Below are positions 53,697 to 64,000 of a stretch of 64,000 bases of DNA, piece by piece. Position 1 is the stretch's first letter. Each line of letters starts with the position of its first letter. This DNA comes from Octopus vulgaris. Lineage: Eukaryota. The notes under the pieces are model-generated. The model saw nothing but the letters and a program-made list of their open reading frames with translations. It had not been told where the DNA came from and ran no database searches. Both the position numbers and the translations under genes were made by a program. Location: assembly GCA_951406725.2 (NCBI GenBank), contig OX597830.1, positions 6,262,001 through 6,326,000 on the forward strand. The letters are read 5' to 3'.

Positions 53697-56690
53697 TCAT
53701 TTCAGCCTCCTACATGTCAAATGGCTAGGAGGCTACGTCCTCTCTGGGATGTCACTGCATGAACAAAAGCATGCAGAGTCTTTATTTGAACTTATTAATC
53801 AGGTGTTCATGGAACAAGTGATACCCAGGCCAACCAGGGAAAACAACATAATGTGAAGGGGACTCCAACGGCTCTCTCAGTCCACAACATTGTTAGTTAG
53901 TTAGTTAGTTAATTTGGCTCAAAAGCAAATAGCAAGGCCATGTAGGGGGACATGGAGTTAAGTACAGGGTGGTGTTCGTGTAAAGAGTTCAGGCCACTTG
54001 AGGTCCAGGGAGGCTTTGAACAAAGCGGTCGTCGGCATCTTCACCATCTCGTCTGGCAGCTTGTTCCACGGATCGGCAACCCGGACGGAGAAAGCTCCTC
54101 TCCTTCGATTGAGATTAAATCGTCGCAGGTAGAGCTTTTCGGAATGACCCCGCTGCCGACGCTCTGGAACAGGAGTGAAGAACAGCTTTTTCGAGAGGTT
54201 ACACTTTCCGCTTATGATGTTGTGGGGGAGAATGAGATCACCACGGCGGCGGCATTTTTCAAGAGAATAAAGGTCGAGCGTCCTCAGCCTTTCTTCGTAG
54301 GACAAATTTTTGAGACCATGAACCATGCGGGTAGCCAGCTTCTGGACTCTTTCGAGATGCTGTATGTTAAACTAACTATGTTTGGTCCTCCACGAAATGT
54401 TGGTATTTACCCTGGCAGGAGGACTCAAGCCTTATCCAACCTGAATTTCCATAAGGCAAAATGGGAATCAATCGGCAAAGAGACCCACAAAAGAAAATGG
54501 TCCAACATTCTGTGTATGCAAGACATTAAAGGACATTGCATAAATTCAGCCAGTTTATGTCAACAGTGCAAGCTATATGCTCTAACAGCATACTGACAAA
54601 CAAGATTCCCTGGGACAGAGAAATCTCATGACGCAGGTCAAAGATCTCAAAGCTGCTGAATAGGCAACTGGAGGATAAAGAGAAGTGTATCTTAACACGG
54701 ATGCGCCTAGAAATTGAAAACAATAACAAACTCTCTCATGAAAGAGATAGAACAGAGAGAGAGAGGGGGGTGAGGGGGAGAGAGAGAGAGAGATGGGCTG
54801 TGGAAAGCATAAAAACAAATCACAAAGCTTTCTATAAATTTGCAAAGGAAACAGCCACAATGCATTATAAAATAGGATAATTGTTCCTAGGGAATGACTC
54901 ACTAAGGGCGGGCCAAAGAATGACAAGTGTGACACTTAGTGAACAATTTAAAAGTGTCTTCACTTCCCCACTTGGACATATGCGGATAAAAAATCCGGCT
55001 GAATTCTTTGATATTGCAGCTCTAAATAAGGAGGCGCCATCCGTCGATTACATCAACGTTGAGGAAACAGATGTAACAACGGCCGTAGATGAAATGAGCT
55101 CATGCTCCGCCACTGGTCCTGATGGCTTCCCAGCTATTCTCCTAAAGTCACGTAAACAGGCTTCAGCGAAACCACTTCAGATACTTTTCCAAAGTTTCCA
55201 TGCAAGTGCCATACTTCCAGAAAAGCTGAAAGAAAGTATTATATGCCCTATCCACAAAGGTGGAAGTAGAGCTGAGGCCAAAAACTAAAGGCCAATCTCT
55301 CTGACTTCGCGTATCAGTAAAGTCATGGAGCGAATCATCAGAGAGAAGTTGATAATGTTCCTAGAAGAAAAGAACCTACTGAACAATACACAGCATGGCT
55401 TCCGTCTAGGAAAATAATGCATCACACAGCTCCTACAGCACTATGACTGGGTTTTGAAACAGCTGCTTGACCATTCAGATGCCAGCGTGATATACCTTGA
55501 CTTTGCAAAGACATTTGATAAGGTAGATCATGGCACGATAATTCATAAGCTACGAGACCTTGGCATTGCTAGTAAACTGAGAGAGTGGCTGCGTGACTTC
55601 CTCGAAGCCATAAGTCAGATAGTTGCAGCCAATGGCTCCCTTTCTGAGGAAACTCAAATCCTAAGTGGTGTCTCCCAGGGAACTGTTCTGGGCCATTAGT
55701 GTTCATAATAACTCTCTTAGATATGCTCACGGTCACTCGGACAGACTCTGTCAGTAGCTATACTGATGATACAAAATTATCACAGGTAATAAAAGATCAA
55801 GATAATGTCACAAGCTTACAGCAGGACCTAAATTCAATATATAAGTGGGCCGAAATAAACACCATTTTCAAGCACTTCACTATCAACTCACGAATACAGT
55901 ACAATCTACATTTACAGGACCCGAAGGCACTACAATCCCAGAGTCACAAGCAATGAAAGACTTGGGGATCGGTATGTGCAATGATGCATCATTTTATATG
56001 CACATTAGGAAAATGGCACCAAAGTGCAGAAACCTGGCAGGATGGATACTGAAGTCCTTCAAGACAAGAAACCAAGAAACTCTGTTGACCCTGTGGAAAA
56101 CCCTTGTTCTCAGCCGCTTGGACTACTGCTCACAGTATTGGTCACCACACAGTGCCATGCTAACAGCGGAGCTTGAAGCTGTCCAACGCCACTACACTAA
56201 AAAGATTGAAACAGTGCAGCGGATGAGCTACAGGGATAAGCTGAGAAAACTGCAACTTTACTCCCTTGAGTGAAGGCGCGACAGATATGCAATAATCTAC
56301 ATATGGAAAACTCTAGAAGGGCTGGTACCTAACTTTGGCATTGATGTTTTACAAATGCCAAGACTGGCCGCCATTTTATTGTACCAAAGATACCATCCAC
56401 TCCATCTAAATTCAGGTCCAGGTATTGCAATAGTCTAGAGTTCAAAGGCTCTTCAATGCCCTGCCACCAAAATCAAGAGATTTGCATAAGGTGGAAGTAG
56501 ATGTCTTCAAAAAGGAACTAGACATGAGGTAGAGACGAGGGCAGCGAAATCAAACTCCCTTATATACCAAATGGCCCAACAGCTGGGACAAAGACACATC
56601 CATGAGTGGTGATGTGAAACACCCAGGCTGAGGAAGTCAGAAAGACCATGGTGGTGATCCAGCATGACCACGGCCGCATGATGAAACGAA
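53697..56690 (+). mobile_element. Decayed CR1-group LINE ORF2 (APE endonuclease remnant + RT + 3' end), interrupted by a nested CR1 fragment
   Basis: APE remnants (H)FSLLHVKW, EQVIPRPTRENNI, SVHNIVKL and LNFHKAKW. RT motifs GPDGFPAILLK, PIHKGGS, RPISLTS, QHGFR, YLDFAKTFDKVDH, SGVSQGTVLG, YTDDTKL, LVLSRLDYCSQYWSP and LQLYSLE*RR, broken by stops and frameshifts. Confidence 0.88.
53896..54364 (-). mobile_element. 5'-truncated CR1 LINE 3' end with (TAAC)n tail
   Basis: ORF 53958-54326 reads LSYEERLRTLDLYSLEKCRRRGDLI...RGHSEKL...FSVRVADPWNKLP..FKASLD, a typical CR1 C-terminus. (GTTA)n tail on + at ~53892-53911. TGTTA duplicated at 53891-95 and 54365-69. Confidence 0.88.
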
Positions 56691-56699
56691 TTAATATTA

Positions 56700-57988
56700 C
56701 GAGGGACGTTCAATAAGTAATGCCTCTGACCCACTTGCAGTTGTTTGATCTAGCTGAAATTTTGTCTGTGCAATTATTTATATCTCTATAGATTACGTGG
56801 CAAATTACAGCTATGAAATAATTGTGGTTTCTGATTTACAGGTGTTTGAACTGAGTCAAGTGTGAAATGGAGCCTGTTGAGTGTCGAGCAGTGATCCGGT
56901 TTTTGTATTTGAAAGGACGCACACCACGGGAGACATTTGATGAAATGAAAGTAACTTATGGTGATGATGCCCCATCATATGACCTTGTAAAACCCTGGCA
57001 TCGTAAATTCAAACATGGTCGGAACTCTGTGGAAACAGCTCCCAGATCTGGTCGCCCCTTCTGCCATTGATGAGGCATCTGTCCGTCAAGTTGAGGCTGC
57101 CATTTTGGAAGATCGACGCATAACAATTCACCAAATAGCCCATCAGGTCAAGATTAGTACCGGGTCTGTGGAAACTATCATTCATGACCATTTGCATATG
57201 CAAAAGGTGTCTGCCAGATGGATTCCCAGGCTGCTCACACCTTTCCAGAAGCAAGAACGCGTCGAGTGCTCGAGGGTGAATTTGGGGATGTGCCAAGAAG
57301 ATGAGTCAAAATTTTTCAAAAGACTGATTACACAGGATGAAACCTGGGTCCATCACTATGATCCAGAGACCAAAGCCCAGTCAATGCAGTGGAAGCACCG
57401 TGACTCACCTCCTCCAAAGAAGGCAAGGGTGCAGCCCTTCGCTGGCAAGGTCATGCTCACAGTCTTCTGGGACCAGGACGGAGTAGTGATGACAGATTTC
57501 CTGGCAAAGGGTACCACAATTACAGGAGCCTATTATGCTTCACTTTTGAGGAAATCAAGAGAAGCTATCAAAATCAAGAGGCGGGGCAAGATCAGAAAAG
57601 GCATCCTCCTCCTGCAGGACAACGCTCCGGTCCACAACTCGCGTGTCGCCAGATCAGAAGCACAGGCGTACGGCTATGAACTCCTCCCCATCCCCCCTAC
57701 TCTCCTGACCTTGAACCCTCTGATTTTCACCTCTTCCCAGCCATGAAGTTGTTTCTGAAGGGAAAGCGTTTCACAGATGATGCAGCCTTGATTTCTGAAG
57801 TCACGTCGTGGTTGGATTTCCAAGCTGGGGTCTTCTATAAAAACGGTCTCCAGAGCTGCATCAAACAATGGGAGAAATGCGTAACTCTGGGTGATTCCTA
57901 TGTAGAAAAATACTAATAACTGTGCCAAGTTTCGTTGCTCTACTGCAATGGGAAGTGGGTCAGGGGATTACTTATTGAACGCCCCTCG
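56700..57988 (+). mobile_element. Full-length mariner (DD34D) DNA transposon, probably irritans/Hsmar2-like subfamily
   Basis: Imperfect TIRs CGAGGGACGTTCAATAAGTAATGCCTCTGACCCACTT ... AAGTGGGTCAGGGGATTACTTATTGAACGCCCCTCG. TA flanks both ends (56698-99, 57989-90). Length 1289 bp. Confidence 0.95.
56867..57916 (+). pseudogene. Mariner transposase with two frameshifts (~57058 and ~57690)
   Basis: HTH N-terminus (RAVIRFL...PRSGRP), then WIPRLLT, ITQDETWVHHYDPE, VFWD, LLQDNAPVH and YSPDLEPSD. After correcting the frameshift there are 34 residues between the 2nd and 3rd Asp. Ends YVEKY* at 57916. Confidence 0.93.
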
Positions 57989-58359
57989 TAATTTCTGCCC
58001 TCAACATTTTTTAGGATTAGTAGGTATACCACGACGATATTCAAACTACCCAGATTCTTATACGAAACGAAATATACTTTCGTCTATAAGATCCCTTCTC
58101 TTATTAATATCAATTATATTCTTTATATTCATTGTATGAGAAAGTTTTATTTCCCAGTGAGCAATTATTCGTTCAAATCCTCTTAGCACTCGACTTCCGC
58201 ATTCAAATAGAAACGAGGGCTTTATTCATTTAAATTTTATGACCCAACGTGGGCAATAAGGATTACAAGGTGCAAATTCCACACTTATGGAACAAATAAT
58301 TTTCTTCCATGGTCACTCTATATTTATTCTTAAACTTTTCTTACACACATGCATAAGGT

Positions 58360-58399
<40 letters not shown>

Positions 58400-58779
58400 T
58401 GATACACGCACAGGCACATACAAACACACACACAGATAGATGGATATATAGATAGATAGATAGATAGATAGATACATACATACATACATACATACATACA
58501 TACATACATACATACATACATACATAAATGTATTTCTATACGTAATTATATAGAGACGCATATTAAGTTCGGGTGCAATAATAGGTATACAGTTATGAAA
58601 AAAGAAAACACGTACAATACACATTTATTTTTATCAAAATAATTAAACATTACGATAAAAGTATAATTATAGTAATGATAAAAATATCAGAAATGAGGTT
58701 GACTTTAAAATATTTTTGATAAAAATATTTGAGTATTGTACGTATTTTCCATTTCATAAATGTATACCCACTTTTGCAT

Positions 58780-59170
58780 GGAAGCGCAATGGCTCAGTGG
58801 TTAGGGCAGCAGACTTGTGGCCGTACGATCGCGGTTTCGATCCCAAGACCGGGCGTTGTGAGTGTTTATTGAAGGAAACCACACACCTAAAGCTCCACGA
58901 GGTTCCGGCAGGGGGTGGTGGCGAACCCTGCTATACTCTTTCATCACAACTTTCTCTCACTCTTTCTTCCTGTTTCTGTTGTACCTGTATTTCAAAAGTG
59001 CCAGCCTTGTCACACTCTGCGCCACGTTGAATCTCCCCTGAGAACTACGTTAAGGTTACACGTGTGTGTGGAGTACTAAAACCACTTGCACGTTAATTTC
59101 CCGAGCAGGTTGTTCCGTTGATCGGATCAACTGGAACCCTCGTCGTCGCAACCGACGGAGTACCACGACC
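58780..59170 (+). mobile_element. tRNA-derived SINE family 3 (head A, tail Y)
   Basis: TGGCTCAGTGGTTAG..GGTTTCGATCCC, with tail ..CTCGTCGTCGCAACCGACGGAGTACC. Confidence 0.75.
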
Positions 59171-59433
59171 TACTCTTTCCAATGACACACAAATATGTAG
59201 CTTGGTGTGAGATAGACATCAGGTCTACTAGCGCACATAAACAACATATTGAACGCACACACACAATGTGCACACGAGAAATGACGACAACTATGTACAG
59301 ACTCATCTCGGAAATCTTGCTTTATCTTTGTATTACCATGTGTGTGCGTATGTTTATGATTAAATATAGATAAATAGATAAATATATAGATAGATACATA
59401 CATACATAAATAGTTTGATAGATAGGTAGATAT

Positions 59434-59478
<45 letters not shown>

Positions 59479-59790
59479 TGACGAGTATGTAGCATCAGTA
59501 TATGTGGGCCGGCGTTGTGTTTATGTGTGTTGCCTTCGGGTTAAGCTGCTTTTACACTTTAATCATTTATTACACTGATAGCAATAATATCAATCAATGA
59601 TTGCTTCAGTTTTATCTATCACAGATCAATAGCATTCAAACCAATAACTTTTGATTGTGCAATCGTGTTTGGAATCTTTTTGCTTGCAACATTTATATCA
59701 TACATTTAAATTCAACTTCATTTTTTGCAAATGCTACAAAATCCACTTAAAATTCCATATGGAATTTTTTCTCTTTCGGTCTAGATAAAA

Positions 59791-60125
59791 CGGTACTCCG
59801 TCGATTACGACGACGAGTCTTTCACGTGATCTGATCAACGAGACATCCTGCTTGTGAAATTAACGTTCAAGTGATTGAACACTTCACAGACACGCGTACT
59901 CTTAACAAAGTTCTCGGGGAGATTCAGCGTGACACTGAATGTGACACTGAATGTGACAAGGCTGCTCCCCTTTGGAATTACAGGCACCACTCATTTTTCC
60001 CAGCTGAGTGGACTGGAGCAACGTGAAACAAAGTGTCTTGCTCAAGGACACAACGCGTCGCCGGGAATGGAACTCACCACCTTACGGTAATGAGCCGATT
60101 ACCCTAACCAGTAAGCCACGCTCCT
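59791..60125 (-). mobile_element. tRNA-derived SINE family 4 (head B, tail Y)
   Basis: Head with TGTGTCCTTGAGCAAGACACT..CCAGTCCACTCAGCTG. The tail matches ~58985-59165. Confidence 0.7.
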
Positions 60126-60219
60126 TCATCTCTCTCTTGATAGTTAAAGACAATCCATGTTATTCCTATTTTCTGACAATAGCAAAACGTTAGTAGAATT
60201 TTTTTCTAGTGTGTAAAAA

Positions 60220-60792
60220 ATCCTTTCTATTATAGGCCCAAGTCCTGAAATATGGGGGAGTTTGGATAGTCGATTACATCGAGTACTGGTACTTAATTTA
60301 TCGACCCCAAAAAGAAGAAATGTAAAGGCAACCTCGGCGGAATTTGAACTTAAAACGTAACAAGAGACGAAATACCTATTTCTTTACTATCCATAAGAGG
60401 CTAAACACAGAGAGAACAAAAATGGACAGACAAACGGATTAAGTCGATTATATCGACCCCAGTGCGTAACTGGTACTTATTTAATCGACCCCGAAAGGAT
60501 GAAAGGCAAAGTCTACCTCGCCGGAATTTGAACCCAGAACGTAGCGGCAGGCGAAATACCTATTTCTTTACTACCCACAAGGGGCTAAACACAGAGGGGA
60601 CAAACAAGGACAGACAAACGGATTAAGTCGATTATATCGACCCTAGTGCGTTACTGGTACTTATTTTATCGACCCCGAAAGGATGAAAGGCAAAGTCGAC
60701 CTCGGCGGAATTTGAACTCAGAATGTGGCGGCAGACGAAATACCGCTAAGTATTTCGTCCGGCGTGCTAACGTTTCTCCCAACTCGCCGCCT
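60220..60792 (-). mobile_element. SINE family 2 trimer
   Basis: One head at 60792 and three core units, with two identical junctions (CGAAATACCTATTTCTTT on +). Confidence 0.85.
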
Positions 60793-62292
60793 ATTTGATT
60801 GTAAATAATGTTTTAGCATAGTGTTTATTTCGTAATTGTTGTAAATTAATTTTTCGACGAGAAAAATTATTTTTCCTTCAATTTTTCTCAAAGCAAAAAA
60901 TAAACTCCACTTTTTGTCCCACCCAGCGGGTAGCATGTTTGACATTGTTATTCCTAACCCTGATTTTCTTCTAAATAGCATTATATAATCTCCCATATTC
61001 TCATAAATATTGGTATTATGTCGTTGCCTTAAAGGCTTCTGCTGACAAATAAGCTCGTGTAATCCTTGATCAATAGATCGGCCAGACATTGATGTATCAA
61101 TAATAACTAAGCGTGATTCATCCTCGATAACAACGAGAATCACCTCATCCTGCTATGATATTCGTAATTCTAAACATTAAAACGCCTAATAAGGTCTTCG
61201 TAAAATTTCCCTTCTCAGATCTTCCGATATAAAACATCAAACAGACAAAAGATACCTGCAATTGCAGCCAATAGATTCATATCAATTCCTTATTATGTCT
61301 TCAATCTTGTAAACAAATTAGGAAATTGGAAACCGCCATTATCTTTAAGATATCCAAAGTAAATCTGTCCACGTTTATATGTTTTTCAGTAGTCAGCGTC
61401 TTATAGAATTTATTGCGACAATCTCTCCCTCTTTCTCTCACTTTTTCCTTCTCTCTTTCCCATTCTCTCTCTCAATTTTCCTCTTTATCTCTCTCCCTCT
61501 TTCGGTTCACATCGAATGCACCGGTACAACGGTCGCTCATAAAACATTTAATCACGCAAATATATCGAATTGTGGATAGGAACATGTGAGAATATAAATT
61601 TAATTGTTTGTGATTCATTTAACTAACTCCCATCCGACATTTTCCATTCAGGTACACGGTGCAATGTAGATCAATTATTTATAAATGGCATGATACGTGT
61701 GTGCGCTTATATTATATTATATTGCATTACATTATGTTATATACATAGATACACACATATATATATATATATATATATATGTGTGTATGTGTGTGTGTAT
61801 ACATACATTCATACACACAAATACAAACATATGCGCATGTATATGCACGTTTATATGAGCACAAACTCATACACACACACACACACTCACACACACACAC
61901 TCACACACTCACTCACACACACACACACACACACACACATATGATAGTCTATAGGAACACACCGACATCGGTGCAGTATTGACAAATCTTGTGTTCGATA
62001 GCATTATACCGAAAATAATATCAATGGAATTACTAAATTATATAATATACAGAGAAGACAATCCATGAATAAAGAATTCCAGGAACCTATTTAAACATGC
62101 ATGACTGTGTGCTTAAGGAGATTGTGTTGTGAAAATGATGTTATCGGTTCGATCCCACTACACGTTACTTCATTCAAGTCTATTTTTAACACGTCATATA
62201 AGTTCGTGGGGACAAATACGTTTTGATTGGAAATTAGTTGACGCTAATTTGTGGAAACCTGTCTCTCTTTCCCTCTGTATACATACATACAC

Positions 62293-62385
<93 letters not shown>

Positions 62386-62487
62386 ATATACATATGTATG
62401 TGTGTGTATGCATGTGTATATGTATATACATACATATATATATATACATGTACGTATGTGTGTCTATATTTATATATATATATACAA

Positions 62488-62538
<51 letters not shown>

Positions 62539-62751
62539 TCACAGGGCGTTTTCGTCAAGTGACGTAATTAAATACGCATGCACTATGAGTGCCCAGTTTG
62601 ATTTACCATTAAAACTCCAGCATGAGTTTGAACTGAAGACTGTGGTGTAGAGACTACTTATCAAAGGCGGCCAGAAATAGTTTCACTTCGAACGGGTGGA
62701 TATCGATTGAAATAAAAAAGGAAAAAGCAAATTATTTGGCATCACTTGAAG

Positions 62752-62954
62752 AACATTCGATTTAGATAAGGAACGTATATAACGGATAGAGACTGTTACA
62801 GTTGTTTCTAGAATAGCCAGAAATATGGGTCATGGTATTGAATAAGGATTCCATAAGCTAGGTCCTTACTCAATACCATGATCTACTTCTTCGCCATTCT
62901 AGAAGTAGCTGTGAGAGACTCTGTCTGTTCATATTCTCTATCAAAGTTAAATGT
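62752..62954. repeat. Imperfect foldback (~90-bp arms)
   Basis: CATGGTATTGAATAAGGA pairs with TCCTTACTCAATACCATG. TTCTAGAA occurs in both arms. Confidence 0.65.
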
Positions 62955-63052
62955 TGTTTGAATAACGTCAAATATCTTGACTATTCGTGTTTTATTATAA
63001 TTTCTTTCTCTTTCTCTCACTCTCTCTTTCTCTCTCTTTCTCTCTCTCCCTC

Positions 63053-63115
<63 letters not shown>

Positions 63116-63149
63116 GTGTGCATATGTGGACATATGAACATGCATAATC

Positions 63150-63375
63150 GTTAGCTGACAGAAACGTTCGCGCGCCGGGCGAAATCTTTAGCGGTATTTC
63201 GTCTGCCATTATGTTCTGAGTTGAAATTCCGGTGAATTCGACTTTGCCTTTCATCCTTTCGGGGTCGATTAAATAAGTACCAGTTACGCCCTGGGGTCGA
63301 TGTAATCGACTTAATCCCTTTGTCTTTCCTTGTTTGTCCCCTCTATGCTTAGCCCCCTGTGGGCAATAAAGAAAT
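63150..63375 (+). mobile_element. SINE family 2 monomer
   Basis: Core and tail A, ending TAAAGAAATA. Confidence 0.8.
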
Positions 63376-64000
63376 ATATACATATACATGCATACATACA
63401 TATGATGAAAAAACAGTAATAACTGCCACTGGTACTAAGGTTCATAGGGTCAATTACTCGTTTTCCATTGAGTACAAGCACAAGAGTACATCAGAGCATG
63501 TCCCTTGGACGGGACGACAGGGACTCATTTGCCATTCCTTCTGAGTGGAGTAAAACAACATTAAGTGAAATTTTTGCTCTAGAACACAATCATCGCTCGG
63601 TCAAGGAATCTAAACCAAGATCTAGCGATCGTAGGCGCAACACCCTAACCTCTGGGTCATGTACCTTCACACTGATGATAAAATCAAATTGTCATTGTCA
63701 TTTATTTATATATTTAGTTAACTAACTTATTAATTAGTTAGTTCGTTAGTTAGTTACTTAATTAGTTAGTAGGTTAGTTATTACTTATTGATAGTTTATT
63801 AGATTTATGCAGATAAAGAGTGGTATTCGCGCTTTTTTAATATTTTGTCAATTCTAGACAAACTTAAAACTCCTTCGAACTCCAAATAGACAGTTGTACT
63901 TTCCACTGTACTTTTAAGCGTATGATCTATCTTTGAGACAAAATACTGCATGTTCTGCTGTTTCTTCAACAGAAAGGAAACGCTTATAGTGTACTAAAGG

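Noticed and set aside
53952-54596. 214-aa plus-strand ORF
   Set aside because: It is the antisense of the CR1 fragment running into the host LINE remnant, not a cellular gene.
58780-58860. tRNA gene candidates (also at other SINE heads)
   Set aside because: A/B boxes are present but there is no complete cloverleaf, and each continues into a shared SINE body.

Overview
AT-rich, microsatellite-dense eukaryotic DNA. The SINE families and repeat landscape point to an octopod cephalopod (Octopus-like); this is an inference. There is one convincing protein-coding gene, a FAM177-family ORF with an intronless CDS at 46163-46615 (-). The rest is mostly mobile DNA: a full-length but frameshifted mariner with TIRs and TA TSD; a decayed CR1-group LINE with a second CR1 3' end nested in it; a nest of R4/Dong-type RLE LINE 3' ends plus a ~560-bp non-coding element inside (AAT)n arrays; Tx1/L1 and RTE fragments; two non-autonomous Helitrons; a probable LTR; a Tigger-like MITE; and many tRNA-headed SINEs. 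The best hunt results are: (i) long foldback elements in (TA)n tracts, one carrying minimal type-I hammerhead ribozyme motifs with a covaried G3-C8 core, plus a separate U3-A8-like copy, consistent with Penelope-like pLTR remnants; (ii) the dominant SINE's 3' tail matches the 3' end of the CR1-group LINE in this window; (iii) SINE heads and tails are shuffled, and multimers share identical junctions. Most ORFs in the supplied track are microsatellite artefacts. All family assignments come from motif recognition by eye, not database searches.
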